From NCBI GenBank assembly GCA_028279885.1, contig JANQMX010000081.1:14093-78092 (forward strand): a DNA stretch of 64,000 nucleotides, in the 5' to 3' direction. A program made the translations under genes and the position numbers. Shown one piece after another: positions 37,950 to 48,461 of the stretch. Origin of the DNA: Rhodovibrionaceae bacterium (GTDB lineage: Bacteria > Pseudomonadota > Alphaproteobacteria > Kiloniellales > DSM-21159). How positions within the stretch are numbered: the first letter of the stretch is position 1; the number at the start of each line of letters is the position of its first letter. A model generated the notes under the pieces. That model was not told the DNA's origin. It was given only the letters and a program-made list of their open reading frames with translations, and did not search any database.

Positions 37950-40900
37950 GTGTCACAACGCAAGCTCTTGGTTGCCAATCGAAGCGAGATCGCCATCCGG
38001 GTCATGCGCGCGGCGACGGAGCTTGGCTTACGCACCGTTGCGATCTACGCCGAGGAGGACAAGCTGGCCCTCCACCGCTTCAAGGCGGACGAGAGCTACC
38101 GCATCGGGGCCGACCTCGGTCCCGTGAAGGCCTATCTCGACATAGACGAGATCATCCGCACCGCCAAGCGGGCCGGCGCGACGCTGCTGCATCCCGGCTA
38201 CGGCTTCGTTTCCGAGAAGCCGGAGCTGCCCGAGGCCTGCGTGCGCAACGGCATCACCTTCGTCGGCCCGCCGGCCGATGTCATGCGGGCGCTGGGCAAC
38301 AAGGTGGCAGCGCGCAACCTCGCGGTCTCGGCCGGCGTTCCGGTCATGCCGGCGACCGGCCCCCTGCCCCAGGACGACGACGAATGCCGTCGCCTGGCCG
38401 AAGAGGTCGGCTATCCCCTGATGCTGAAGGCCAGCTGGGGCGGCGGCGGGCGCGGCATGCGGGTGATCGAGTCGCCGGCGGAGCTTCTCGAACAGATCGA
38501 CGCCGGGCGCCGCGAGGCGGAAGCCGCCTTCGGCAACGGCGAGGTCTATCTCGAAAAGCTGGTTCAGCGGGCGCGGCACGTTGAGGTGCAGATCCTCGGC
38601 GACCGCCACGGCAACGTGGTGCACCTCTTCGAGCGCGACTGCTCGCTGCAGCGGCGCAATCAGAAGGTCGTCGAGCGCGCGCCGGCTCCCTATCTGGACG
38701 CGGCCAAGCGGCAGGAGATCTGCCAGGCCGCCCTCGCCCTCTGCCAGGCCGCCAATTACGTCGGCGCGGGCACCGTCGAGTTCCTCATGGATGCGGACAG
38801 CGGCGCCTTCTATTTCATCGAGGTCAATCCACGCATCCAGGTCGAGCACACGGTGACCGAAGAGGTCACCGGCATCGACATCGTCAAGGCGCAGATCCAG
38901 ATCGCGCTCGGCGGGCACATCGGCCAGGAGAGCGAGACGGGCGTGCCGCCGCAAGATGCCATCCAGCTACGCGGCCACGCCATGCAGTGCCGCATCACCA
39001 CCGAAGACCCCGAGTCCAACTTCAAGCCGGACTACGGCCGCATCACCGCCTATCGCGGTGCCACCGGCTTTGGCATCCGGCTCGACGGCGGCACGGCCTA
39101 CTCCGGCGCTGTCATCACACGCTACTACGACAGCCTTCTGGAGAAGGTCACCGCCCGCGGCGCCACCAAGGACGAGGCGGTCCGCCGCATGGACCGGGCC
39201 TTACGGGAGTTCCGCATTCGGGGCGTCGCGACCAACCTGGTGTTCCTCGAGAACGTCATCAACCACCCGAAGTTCCTGGCCGACGAGGTCACCACCCGCT
39301 TCATCGACACCACGCCTGAGCTGCTGCACTTTCCCAAACGGCGCGACCGGGCCACGCGTCTTTTGCGCTACATCGCCGACGTCACCGTCAACGGCAATCC
39401 GGAGGTCGCCGGCCGCCCCAAGCCGTCCAGCAAGGCGATCGCGCCTGCGGTGCCCGCCTTCGACCCGACACAACCCGTCACCTCCGGCACCAAGCAGTTG
39501 CTGGACGAGCAAGGGCCGGAGGGCTTCCGCGACTGGATGCTGGCGCAGCAGCAGGTGCTGATCACCGACACCACCATGCGCGATGCGCACCAGTCCTTGT
39601 TGGCCACCCGCATGCGCTCCTACGATATGGTTGCGATCAGCGAGGCCTACGCCCATCGCCTGCCTCAGCTCCTCTCGCTGGAGTGCTGGGGCGGTGCCAC
39701 CTTCGATGTCGCCATGCGCTTCCTCAAGGAAGACCCCTGGGATCGCCTGATCGACATCCGCAAGCGCATCCCCAACATCCTGCTGCAGATGCTGCTGCGT
39801 GCCTCCAACGCCGTGGGCTACGCCAACTACCCCGACAACGCCGTGCGCTACTTCGTCGATAAGTCGGCCGAGGCCGGCATCGATGTCTTCCGCGTGTTCG
39901 ACAGCCTCAACTGGGTCGAGAACATGAAGGTCGCCATCGACGCGGTGCTGAAGACCGACCGCCTGTGCGAAGCGGCGATCTGTTACACCGGCGACCTCTT
40001 CGACGAGGAGCGGGCGAAGTACAATCTCGACTACTACGTCGCCATGGCGCGGGAGCTGAAGGCGGCCGGTGCCCATATCCTCGGCATCAAGGACATGGCC
40101 GGACTCTGCCGGCCCGAGCAGGTGCGGGTGCTGGTGCAGCGGCTGAAGGAGGAGACCGGACTGCCCGTCCACTTCCATACCCACGATACCTCGGGCATTT
40201 CGGCCGCGACGGTGCTGGCGGCCTGCGAGGTCGGTGTCGATGCGGTCGACGCGGCGATGGACAGCTTCTCCGGCCTCACCTCCCAGCCCAATCTCGGCTC
40301 CATCGTCGCCGCGCTGAACGACGGCGGCCGGGGCAGCGGCATCGACCCGGCGACGATCCGCGCCTTCTCCGACTACTGGGAAGCGGTACGGGTGCAGTAC
40401 GCGGCCTTCGAGCCCGACCTGCGCTCAGGCGCCTCGGAGGTCTATCTCCACGAAATGCCGGGCGGCCAGTTCACCAACCTGAAGGAACAGGCGCGCGCCT
40501 TGGGCCTGGCCGACCGCTGGCACGAGGTCGCGCACATGTACGCCGAGGTGAACCAGCTCTTCGGCGACATTGTGAAGGTCACCCCCTCCTCCAAGGTGGT
40601 CGGCGACATGGCGCTCTATATGGTGGCCAGCGGGATCATGCCGGAGCAGGTGCTGGACCCTGAGGTCGAGATCGCCTTTCCCAAGTCCGTGGTCTCCATG
40701 CTGCGCGGCGAGCTGGGCCAGCCGCCGGGCGGCTGGCCGAAAGCCATCCAAAGAAAGGCGTTGCGCGGCGAAGAGCCTTTCACCGACCGGCCGGCCAAGC
40801 ATCTCGCCCCCATGGACCTCGCCGCCGAACGCAAGACCGCCGAGAGGGCGGCCGAGCGCCACGTCTCCGACTACGAGGTGGCCTCCAGCATCATGTACCC

Positions 40901-41399
40901 GGCCGTCTTCGCCGACTACGCCAAGCACCGCCGGGAATTCGGCCGCCTCGATATCCTCTCCACCCCCGTCTACTTCTACGGCATGACGCCGGGCCAGGAG
41001 ATCTCCGTCGAGATCGATGCCGGTAAGGCGCTGGTCATCCGCCTGATGACGGTCGGCGAAGCGGACGAGCGCGGCGAGCGGGAAGTCTTCTTCGAGCTCA
41101 ACGGCCAGCCGCGGGTGATCGCCGTGGCCGACAAAAGCGTCGCGCCCTCCGTGCCGGCGAACGAGCGCGCCAACCTCGACGACCCCGGCCAGGTCGCCGC
41201 CCCCATGCCGGGGGTGGTCTCGACCCTGGCGGCCTCCGTCGGTCAGCGGGTTCAGTCAGGCGACGTGCTGCTGACCCTCGAAGCCATGAAGATGGAATCC
41301 GCCGTCACCGCGCCCCTCGCCGGCAAGGTCGTGCGGCTGCCGGTTGCGGTCGGCAGCGTCGTCGACGCCAAGGACTTGCTGGCGGTGATCGAGGCTTAG
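37950..41399 (+). CDS. pyc: pyruvate carboxylase
   Basis: 1149 aa with a GTG start. It has a biotin carboxylase N-terminus (LLVANRSEIAIRVMRAATELG), a carboxyltransferase TIM-barrel domain (DTTMRDAHQSLLATR) and a C-terminal biotinyl site EAMKME. Confidence 0.97.
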   Translation: MSQRKLLVANRSEIAIRVMRAATELGLRTVAIYAEEDKLALHRFKADESYRIGADLGPVKAYLDIDEIIRTAKRAGATLLHPGYGFVSEKPELPEACVRNGITFVGPPADVMRALGNKVAARNLAVSAGVPVMPATGPLPQDDDECRRLAEEVGYPLMLKASWGGGGRGMRVIESPAELLEQIDAGRREAEAAFGNGEVYLEKLVQRARHVEVQILGDRHGNVVHLFERDCSLQRRNQKVVERAPAPYLDAAKRQEICQAALALCQAANYVGAGTVEFLMDADSGAFYFIEVNPRIQVEHTVTEEVTGIDIVKAQIQIALGGHIGQESETGVPPQDAIQLRGHAMQCRITTEDPESNFKPDYGRITAYRGATGFGIRLDGGTAYSGAVITRYYDSLLEKVTARGATKDEAVRRMDRALREFRIRGVATNLVFLENVINHPKFLADEVTTRFIDTTPELLHFPKRRDRATRLLRYIADVTVNGNPEVAGRPKPSSKAIAPAVPAFDPTQPVTSGTKQLLDEQGPEGFRDWMLAQQQVLITDTTMRDAHQSLLATRMRSYDMVAISEAYAHRLPQLLSLECWGGATFDVAMRFLKEDPWDRLIDIRKRIPNILLQMLLRASNAVGYANYPDNAVRYFVDKSAEAGIDVFRVFDSLNWVENMKVAIDAVLKTDRLCEAAICYTGDLFDEERAKYNLDYYVAMARELKAAGAHILGIKDMAGLCRPEQVRVLVQRLKEETGLPVHFHTHDTSGISAATVLAACEVGVDAVDAAMDSFSGLTSQPNLGSIVAALNDGGRGSGIDPATIRAFSDYWEAVRVQYAAFEPDLRSGASEVYLHEMPGGQFTNLKEQARALGLADRWHEVAHMYAEVNQLFGDIVKVTPSSKVVGDMALYMVASGIMPEQVLDPEVEIAFPKSVVSMLRGELGQPPGGWPKAIQRKALRGEEPFTDRPAKHLAPMDLAAERKTAERAAERHVSDYEVASSIMYPAVFADYAKHRREFGRLDILSTPVYFYGMTPGQEISVEIDAGKALVIRLMTVGEADERGEREVFFELNGQPRVIAVADKSVAPSVPANERANLDDPGQVAAPMPGVVSTLAASVGQRVQSGDVLLTLEAMKMESAVTAPLAGKVVRLPVAVGSVVDAKDLLAVIEA

Positions 41400-41400
41400 A

Positions 41401-41425
41401 GGCGGCGACGCGCGGTCGCGCCGCC
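41401..41425. terminator. imperfect GC-rich hairpin between convergent pyc and xsc
   Basis: GGCGGCGAC-GCGCG-GTCGCGCCGCC (a stem with a 2-nt bulge), with no clear T tract. Confidence 0.35.
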
Positions 41426-41439
41426 GCTCTGACCTTAAG

Positions 41440-43218
41440 TTATGCCCCCTGCTGCGGGCGCATGTCGCTGCGGCTGATGCCGGCGACCTGCACCGGGGTC
41501 TTCATGGCGTCGCGGCGGAAGGGCTCGCCGAGCTCCTGGTTCAGCACCGCCTCGATGAAGGTGGTGGTGTTGTTCTCCATCTGCTCCTTGATCGCCGTGC
41601 GCAGGGCATCGGTCAGACCGTCCATGGTGCTGACCTTCACGCCCTTGACGCCGCAGGCCTCGGCCACCTTGGCGTACTCGACGCCGAGGTTGAGCTCGGT
41701 GCCGACGAAGTTGTCGTCGAACCAGAGCGTCGTGTTGCGCTTCTCCGCACCCCACTGGTAGTTGCGGAAGATCACCATGGTGATGCCCGGCCAGTCGTTG
41801 CGGCCGCAAGCCGTCATCTCGTTCATGGAGATGCCGAAGGCGCCGTCGCCGGCGAAACCGACGCAGGGCACATCGGGACGGCCGATCTTGGCGCCCAGGA
41901 TGGACGGGAAACCGTAGCCGCAAGGCCCGAAGAGCCCCGGCGCGAGATACTTCCGCCCTTCCTCGAAGGTGGGATAGGCGTTGCCGATGGCGCAGTTGTT
42001 CCCGATGTCCGTCGAGATGATCGCCTCTTTCGGCAGCCCGGCCTGAATGGCCCGCCAGGCCTGCCGCGGGCTCATCCGCTCCGGCTCCCGAGTGCGGGCG
42101 CGCTCGTTCCAGTTGGTGCCCGGATCGTCGTCCTCGTGGTCCATGGAGGAGAGCTGCTGCAGCCATCGTGAACGGGTCTCCGCCACCAGGTCCTTGCGGG
42201 CCTGCCGGCCCTTGTCGCCGGCCGTGGTCGAGAGCTGCGAGAGGAGCTGCTCGGCCACCCGCTTGGCGTCGCCCTGGATGCCGACCGTGACCTTCTTCGT
42301 CAGACCGATGCGGTCGGAGTTGATGTCGACCTGGATAAGCTTGGCATCCTTCGGCCAGTAGTCGATGCCATAGCCCGGCAAGGTCGAGAAGGGGTTGAGC
42401 CGCGTGCCCAGCGCCAGCACCACGTCCGCCTTGGCGATGGTCTCCATCGCCGCCTTGGAGCCGTTGTAGCCGAGCGGGCCGAGCGACAGCGAGTGCGAGC
42501 CTGGGAAGGCGTCGTTGTGCTGATAGTTGCAGCAGACCGGGGCAGAAAGCCGCTCGGCCAAGGCGACGCTGGCCGGGATGGCACCGGCAAGCACGACGCC
42601 GGCGCCATTGAGGATGACCGGGAACTCGGCCTCGGAAAGCAATTCCGCCGCCTGCGCGATGGCATCCTCTCCGCCGCGCGGCCGCTCCAGGCGCACGATC
42701 TGCGGCAGGTCGATATCGATCACCTGGGTCCAGTAGTCACGCGGCACGTTGATCTGCGCCGGCGCGCTGCCCCGCCAGGCCTTCTCGATCACCCGGTTCA
42801 GCACCTCGGCGATGCGGGAGGGATCGCGCACCTCTTCCTGGTAGCAGACGATGTCCTCGAACAGGGCCATCTGCGGCATCTCCTGGAAGCCGCCCTGGCC
42901 GATGGTCTTGTTGGCCGCCTGCGGCGTCACCAGCAGCATCGGCGTGTGGTTCCAGTAGGCCGTCTTGATCGGGGTCACGAAGTTGGTGATGCCCGGACCG
43001 TTCTGCGCGATGGCCATGGCCATCTTGCCGGTCGCCCGGGTGTAGCCGTCCGCGCTCATGCCCGCGTTGCACTCGTGGGCGCAGTCCCAGAAGGTGATGC
43101 CGGCCGCCGGAAAGAGGTCCGAGATCGGCATCATGGCCGAGCCGATGATGCCGAAGGCATGCTCGATGCCATGCATCTGCAGAACTTTTACGAAGGCCTC
43201 TTCGGTCGTCATCTTCAT
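41440..43218 (-). CDS. xsc: sulfoacetaldehyde acetyltransferase (ThDP enzyme)
   Basis: 592 aa. The N-terminus MKMTTEEAFVKVLQMHGIEHAFGIIGSAMMPISDLFP..FWDCAHE.NAGM..DG..RATG and ..KTAYWNHTP..VTPQAANKTIGQGGFQE match Xsc proteins as I remember them, rather than generic acetolactate synthases. Confidence 0.88.
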   Translation of the reverse strand: MKMTTEEAFVKVLQMHGIEHAFGIIGSAMMPISDLFPAAGITFWDCAHECNAGMSADGYTRATGKMAMAIAQNGPGITNFVTPIKTAYWNHTPMLLVTPQAANKTIGQGGFQEMPQMALFEDIVCYQEEVRDPSRIAEVLNRVIEKAWRGSAPAQINVPRDYWTQVIDIDLPQIVRLERPRGGEDAIAQAAELLSEAEFPVILNGAGVVLAGAIPASVALAERLSAPVCCNYQHNDAFPGSHSLSLGPLGYNGSKAAMETIAKADVVLALGTRLNPFSTLPGYGIDYWPKDAKLIQVDINSDRIGLTKKVTVGIQGDAKRVAEQLLSQLSTTAGDKGRQARKDLVAETRSRWLQQLSSMDHEDDDPGTNWNERARTREPERMSPRQAWRAIQAGLPKEAIISTDIGNNCAIGNAYPTFEEGRKYLAPGLFGPCGYGFPSILGAKIGRPDVPCVGFAGDGAFGISMNEMTACGRNDWPGITMVIFRNYQWGAEKRNTTLWFDDNFVGTELNLGVEYAKVAEACGVKGVKVSTMDGLTDALRTAIKEQMENNTTTFIEAVLNQELGEPFRRDAMKTPVQVAGISRSDMRPQQGA

Positions 43219-43303
43219 TGTTGTGATTCCTCCAGTATTCGGCTCGGTCCCGGGCAGGACGGACGTTTCAAGGTTGCGAGTTACCGCGCGCTGTCAGGCA
43301 AGT

Positions 43304-44914
43304 TCAAGCACGCGCATCTTCCAGGATCATGTCGCTGGCTTTTTCGCCGATCATGATGGTCGGCGCGTTGGTGTTCCCCGATACAATCTCCGGCATGATC
43401 GAGCAATCGGCGACGCGCAGGCCGCCTATGCCGTGGACGCGTAGCCGCTCATCGACCACTGCATTCTGGTCCTGGCCCATCTTGCAGGTGCCCGAGGGGT
43501 GGTAGATCGTCGTCGAGAAATTCCGTGCCCATTCCAGCAATTCCTCGTCCGACGTCTCCTCCGGGCCGGGCCGAAAGCGCTCGGAAATCTTGCTGGCCAA
43601 GGGTTGAAGCTCGGCGATGCGGATGGCGATCTTGATGCCGTCGAGCAGTGTCTGCCGATCGGTCTCCGTCGCCAGGTAGTTGGGATGGATGGCGGGATAG
43701 GTCGTCGCCTTGGCATCCTTCAAACGTATCTCGCCGCGGCTCTCCGGGCGAAGTTGGCAGACCGAAGCGGTGAAGGCCGAGAAGGGATGCACCCCCTCCC
43801 CCGGGCTGTCGGCCGACCAGGGCTGAATGTGGAACTGGATGTCCGGCGTCTGCAGGTGCTCGCGGGTCCTGAGGAAACCCGTCGCCAGGCTCGCCGCCAT
43901 CGTCATCGGCCCCGCGCGGAACATGATGTACTTGAGGCCGATGCGCATCTGGTTCCAAAGGCTACGCACCTCGTCGTTGAGGGTCGGCTCTTTGCACTTG
44001 TAGATCAGGCGCGCCTGCAGATGGTCCTGCAGGTTCTTGCCCACGCCAGGCAGGTCAGCCACCACATCGATACCCTGCTCGCGGAGCTGCGCCGCCTCGC
44101 CGATGCCTGAGAGCATGAGGATTTGCGGCGAGCCGATCGCGCCCGTGCTCAGCACAACCTCGCGCGTCGCCCGCGCTTCCGCTTCGCTGCCGTCCGGACG
44201 GCGGTAGATCACGGCACTGGCCCGCCCGTCCTTCGTCACCACGCGCTCAGTCAGCGCTTTGGTGATGACCTTGAGGTTGGGGCGCTGCTTCACCGGATGC
44301 AAATAGGCCACGGCCGAGCTGCAGCGTCGTCCGTTCCTGGTGGTGAGCTGGAAGTAGCCAACCCCTTCCTGGCTCTCTCCGTTGTAGTCGTGATTGAAGG
44401 GATAACCCGCCTTTTGTGCCGCCGCGACCCAAGCATCGCAGATGGGACGGTTGAGACGCATGCTGGAGACCGACAGAGGACCCCCGACCCCGTGAAACTC
44501 GTCCTCTCCCCGCTCCTGGTCTTCCGACCGCTTGAATAGCGGCAGCACGTCGTCCCAACCCCAACCGCTGTTTCCCATCTGACGCCAGCGCTCGTAGTCC
44601 TCCGGCTGGCCGCGGACGTAGAGCAAGCCGTTCAACGAACTGGACCCGCCCAAGACCTTGCCGCGCGGCCACTCCAGACGGCGGCCGTTCAGCCCCGGGT
44701 CCGGCTCGGTCCGATAGCACCAGTCGTAGTTCGGGTTGTGCATGGTCTTGAAGTAGCCGACCGGCACATGGATCCAGGGGTACCAGTCCCGGCCGCCGGC
44801 CTCGAGCAGCGCCACTCTGTTGCGTGGATCGGCGCTCAGCCGATTGGCAAGCACGCACCCGGCCGAGCCAGCACCGACAACCACATAGTCGAATTCCTCA
44901 GCCGGCCGGCTCAT
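43304..44914 (-). CDS. GMC-family FAD oxidoreductase (choline-dehydrogenase-like); isethionate dehydrogenase IseJ-like by context
   Basis: 536 aa with [20 protein letters not shown] and [18 protein letters not shown]. It lies immediately upstream of xsc on the same strand and divergent from the TRAP genes. The family call is firm (about 0.9). The substrate call is contextual (about 0.5). Confidence 0.85.
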   Translation of the reverse strand: MSRPAEEFDYVVVGAGSAGCVLANRLSADPRNRVALLEAGGRDWYPWIHVPVGYFKTMHNPNYDWCYRTEPDPGLNGRRLEWPRGKVLGGSSSLNGLLYVRGQPEDYERWRQMGNSGWGWDDVLPLFKRSEDQERGEDEFHGVGGPLSVSSMRLNRPICDAWVAAAQKAGYPFNHDYNGESQEGVGYFQLTTRNGRRCSSAVAYLHPVKQRPNLKVITKALTERVVTKDGRASAVIYRRPDGSEAEARATREVVLSTGAIGSPQILMLSGIGEAAQLREQGIDVVADLPGVGKNLQDHLQARLIYKCKEPTLNDEVRSLWNQMRIGLKYIMFRAGPMTMAASLATGFLRTREHLQTPDIQFHIQPWSADSPGEGVHPFSAFTASVCQLRPESRGEIRLKDAKATTYPAIHPNYLATETDRQTLLDGIKIAIRIAELQPLASKISERFRPGPEETSDEELLEWARNFSTTIYHPSGTCKMGQDQNAVVDERLRVHGIGGLRVADCSIMPEIVSGNTNAPTIMIGEKASDMILEDARA

Positions 44915-45085
44915 GGCTATGCTTCCCCTCTTGGCAACGGCACCCCGCCCGCTACAGCCAGACCGATAATTCGCGTGCGGGACTGCCGACCATCACCGTT
45001 GCACAGCTTATCAAATGATGCAATAATGGAAAAATAAATATCGTTTTTGCAGTCTCAAAATAACCAAATAGGGAGGAGAATCGAC

Positions 45086-46315
45086 ATGTTAAGCCGCAAG
45101 CTGCGGAACATCTCTCGTCGGGACCTGCTGCGCCTGACGAAGCAATACGGTCTCACTTCGACCCTCTTGGCCGCCGGCAGCCTGACCGGTGCCGTCTCGT
45201 TGGCACGTCTCGCGGAGGCCGCGAACTCGACCTATGAGAAGCGCTTCAAGACCCCTGCGAAGCACAACTTCAAGTTGGGTGCTGCGGGCTTCAACGAGCG
45301 CAACCTGCTGATCGAGCGCGCGGGCGCCCTGCAGTTCGTCAATGACCTGGAAGAGCGCACCGACGGCGCCATCCGTGTCGAGTTCATCGGCAACAACCAG
45401 ATCTGCGGCCAGCTCGACTGCGTGAAGAAGACCCAGCAGGGCATCATCGATTTCTTTGCCGCTTCGACCCAGAACTCGGCCGGCGGCGCGCCCTATCTCA
45501 ACGTGCTGGACTACGCCTATATGTTCCCCAGCCGGGCGTCGCAGTACTACTTCCTCTACCACCCGGGCAGCATGAAGGTGCTGCGGGAGCCGATGCGTGA
45601 GCGGCACAAGCTGGAGTTCCTGTTCAGCCACGCCGAGCTGCGCGGCATCCAGCTCGGCCTCGGCTGGGACGACAAGCCGACGGTGCAGAGCGTCACCGAG
45701 CTGGCTGGCACCAAGAACCGGGTAACGGGAACGCAGCTCGGCCGCATCGCCATGGAGCTGATGAACCTCAACCCCACGCCGATCGCCTGGTCCGAGACCC
45801 TCGACGGCCTCAAGCAAGGCCTGATCGATGGCGCGGAGACCTGGGCGGCCGCGGTGGCCTACGCCAACATGTCACCGGTGGTCTCGCAGAGCGTGAACCT
45901 GGAGTTCTTCTGCGGCACCGAGCACACCGCCATGAGCACCCCGTCGTTTGAAAAGCTCGATGGCACGCTGCAGGACGCGGTCATGGAGTCCGCCTACCTG
46001 ACGCAGGTTCACGTGCAAGCGGCCAACGAGGCCTCCCTCGTGAACACGGTGGGCTTTTCGGATCCGCAGCTTCCCAACACCCTCTTCGCCGAGCACGGCG
46101 TGCGGGTGGCCTGGCTCTCCGATGCGGCCAAGAAGGAAGCTGAGGAAATGTGCTCGCCGGAGTTCCAGCCCGGCCCGTGGGAGAAGTGGCGCGAGCGGAT
46201 CAACGATTGGTCCGGCGGCATGGATACCTACACCTTCATCTACGACATCGCCCGCGAGATCCCCAAGGATACGCTGGCGGAGAACGTCGAGCCGCGGCGT
46301 TGGTGGAAAGGCTGA
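45086..46315 (+). CDS. TRAP transporter substrate-binding protein (DctP-type; IseK-like by context), Tat-type signal
   Basis: Start at the ATG at 45086 after a GGGAGGAG SD. SRRDLLRLTKQYGLTSTLLAAG signal. 409 aa. Confidence 0.85.
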   Translation: MLSRKLRNISRRDLLRLTKQYGLTSTLLAAGSLTGAVSLARLAEAANSTYEKRFKTPAKHNFKLGAAGFNERNLLIERAGALQFVNDLEERTDGAIRVEFIGNNQICGQLDCVKKTQQGIIDFFAASTQNSAGGAPYLNVLDYAYMFPSRASQYYFLYHPGSMKVLREPMRERHKLEFLFSHAELRGIQLGLGWDDKPTVQSVTELAGTKNRVTGTQLGRIAMELMNLNPTPIAWSETLDGLKQGLIDGAETWAAAVAYANMSPVVSQSVNLEFFCGTEHTAMSTPSFEKLDGTLQDAVMESAYLTQVHVQAANEASLVNTVGFSDPQLPNTLFAEHGVRVAWLSDAAKKEAEEMCSPEFQPGPWEKWRERINDWSGGMDTYTFIYDIAREIPKDTLAENVEPRRWWKG

Positions 46316-46338
46316 CTCGCGCAGCCCCGTAAGTCCCT

Positions 46339-46357
46339 GTCGTGCCGGGGGCACGAC
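46339..46357 (+). other. stem-loop in the 173-nt spacer between the TRAP SBP and permease genes
   Basis: GTCGTGCC-GGG-GGCACGAC. It may act in differential mRNA stability or attenuation. Confidence 0.35.
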
Positions 46358-46488
46358 GTCGAAGATCGTGCCCCCCTGAATGCTAAGCTTGCCGACCAAC
46401 CCGGCGGCCGAAGAGCCGTGAACGACGCCAAACGGGCCGACAGGGCGCGTAGGTCGCCTCGTTCAGCAAGCTTCAAGGGGAGGACAGC

Positions 46489-47007
46489 ATGGTCGTGCTC
46501 AAGTGGCTCGATGAGAACATCGAGAAGTCCATCATCCTCGTCAGCTATGTGCTGATGACGGCGATCATCTTCGTCGAGGTTATCCGCCGCTTCGCCTTCG
46601 GGCAGCAAGCGGCCTGGAGTTCGACCATCCCCATCTACCTCTTTCTCTGGGTCACTTGGATAGGCTGTGCCTACAACTGCAAGCGACGCAGCCACCTGCG
46701 CTTCGAAGAGTTTCGTATGCGCCTACCCTACAGCGGACAGTTCTTCTGCTTGGTGGTCGACCACCTTGTCTGGATCGGTTTTTCCATCCTGGTGATCTAC
46801 TACTCGATGCAGCAGGTGCAGATCGCCTACGACAACTTCGCCATCGTCCAAGGCACCGACGATGTCATGCAGTGGTGGTTCTATACCGCCACGCCCATCG
46901 GCTTCGCACTCGTCATCTACCGGGTGCTGCGCAACCTGGCGGACGACATTCGCCGCTACCGCAACAACGAGCCGATGATGGTCAACATCGGCGTCGGGGC
47001 AGACTAG
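46489..47007 (+). CDS. TRAP transporter small permease (DctQ-type)
   Basis: 172 aa with four hydrophobic helices, positioned between the DctP- and DctM-type genes. GGGGAGGA SD. Confidence 0.85.
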   Translation: MVVLKWLDENIEKSIILVSYVLMTAIIFVEVIRRFAFGQQAAWSSTIPIYLFLWVTWIGCAYNCKRRSHLRFEEFRMRLPYSGQFFCLVVDHLVWIGFSILVIYYSMQQVQIAYDNFAIVQGTDDVMQWWFYTATPIGFALVIYRVLRNLADDIRRYRNNEPMMVNIGVGAD

Positions 47008-47017
47008 GAGCGGCGTT

Positions 47018-48382
47018 ATGGACGGTCTCTGGATCACCCTCATCTCGATCGGCGTCACCATCCTGTTCGTGATGGGCGTGCCGATCTTCCTGATCATCGG
47101 CCTCTGGGCTGTCGGCGTCAGCCTGGTGATCGATTTCACCCTCGCCAACATCGGGGTTACGCTCTACGAGGGCCTCAACTTCTTCGGCCTCTTGGCCCTC
47201 CCCCTCTTCATTCTCACCGGCGACCTGATCAACCAGGCCGGCATCGCCAAGCGCATGTCCGATTTTGCCTATTCGATCCTCGGTTGGGTCAGAGGCGGCC
47301 TCGCCATGTCGGCCTTGGGCGCCTGCGGCATGTTCGCCGCCATCTCCGGCTCGAACTCCGCCACCACGGCGACCATCGGCTCGATCATGCATCCGGAGAT
47401 GACCAAGACAAAGTACGACCCCAACTTCGCCGCGGCGACCGTCGCCGCCGGCGGCACGGTCGGCATCATCATCCCGCCGAGCATCATCTTCATCGTCTAC
47501 GGCTTCCTGCTGAACCTCTCGATCAGCGAGCTGTTCCTCGGCGGCATGATCCCCGGCATCCTGATGGTCGTCTCGATGCAGCTCGCCTGCTGGTACATGT
47601 CGCGCAAGTACGGCTGGGGCGAGATCATCAAGCTGCAATACAAGCGGATCATGCGCGCCGCAATCGGCGCCTGGCTGGGCTTCTTCGCCATCGGCTTGGT
47701 GATCTGGGGCATCTATACCGGCAAGTTCTCGCCCACCGAGGCAGCCGGCGTGACGGCAGGCTTCTGCATGCTGGTCGGCTTGATCATGTACCCCATCGCC
47801 AAGCGCATCGAGCTGCCGCGCGATGGCAGCACCGACGGCCGAAGCATGGCGGCGACCCTGCTGGTTCCGGGCTTCTCTTTCAGGGAGCTGCCGGGCGTCA
47901 TTCTCCGCTCCGGACAGATCACCGGGCTGCTCGTGCCGCTGATCGCCATCTCCGTGGTCATGCAGCAGCTTCTCTCGCTTCTGGGCGCCAACGCCTTCGT
48001 CACGGAAGCGCTGTCCCACCTCGGCGGCTACTACGCCATCCTTTTCGCCTGCATGGCCATCGTCCTGCTGGCCGGGACAATTCTGGAGAGCCTGCCGAAC
48101 ACAATCATCCTGGCGCCTATCCTGGCGCCCATCGCGGCCAGTATCGGTGTCGACCCGATCCACTTTGCGGTCATCTTCCTGATCGGCGATGCCATCGGCT
48201 TCATCACCCCGCCCTATGGCCTCAACCTCTACGTGGCGAGCGGTATCACCGGCATCCCCTACTTCCGCATCCTGCGCTACGTGATGCCCTACTTCCTGGC
48301 CCTGATGCTGTGCTGGGTCGTGGTCGCGCTGGTGCCGGACCTCTCGACCTTCCTGGTCAGCTTCCAGGGCACGGGTCGCTAA
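47018..48382 (+). CDS. TRAP transporter large permease (DctM-type)
   Basis: 454 aa, highly hydrophobic, with the typical DctM strings LPLFILTGDLINQAGIAKRM and GGTVGIIIPPSI. Confidence 0.9.
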   Translation: MDGLWITLISIGVTILFVMGVPIFLIIGLWAVGVSLVIDFTLANIGVTLYEGLNFFGLLALPLFILTGDLINQAGIAKRMSDFAYSILGWVRGGLAMSALGACGMFAAISGSNSATTATIGSIMHPEMTKTKYDPNFAAATVAAGGTVGIIIPPSIIFIVYGFLLNLSISELFLGGMIPGILMVVSMQLACWYMSRKYGWGEIIKLQYKRIMRAAIGAWLGFFAIGLVIWGIYTGKFSPTEAAGVTAGFCMLVGLIMYPIAKRIELPRDGSTDGRSMAATLLVPGFSFRELPGVILRSGQITGLLVPLIAISVVMQQLLSLLGANAFVTEALSHLGGYYAILFACMAIVLLAGTILESLPNTIILAPILAPIAASIGVDPIHFAVIFLIGDAIGFITPPYGLNLYVASGITGIPYFRILRYVMPYFLALMLCWVVVALVPDLSTFLVSFQGTGR

Positions 48383-48461
48383 CGCGGGAACGGAAGAAAG
48401 CGGGACGCTCCAGCCGCCTGCGTCCCGCTTCCGCTCTCGACCGAAGCGGATCGCGGAAGGC

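Noticed and set aside
44999-45023. TTGCA-N15-TGCAA dyad in the GMC/TRAP divergent promoter as the IclR operator
   Set aside because: It has only 5-bp arms, which are expected by chance in an AT-rich spacer. I note it for follow-up but do not report it as a feature.
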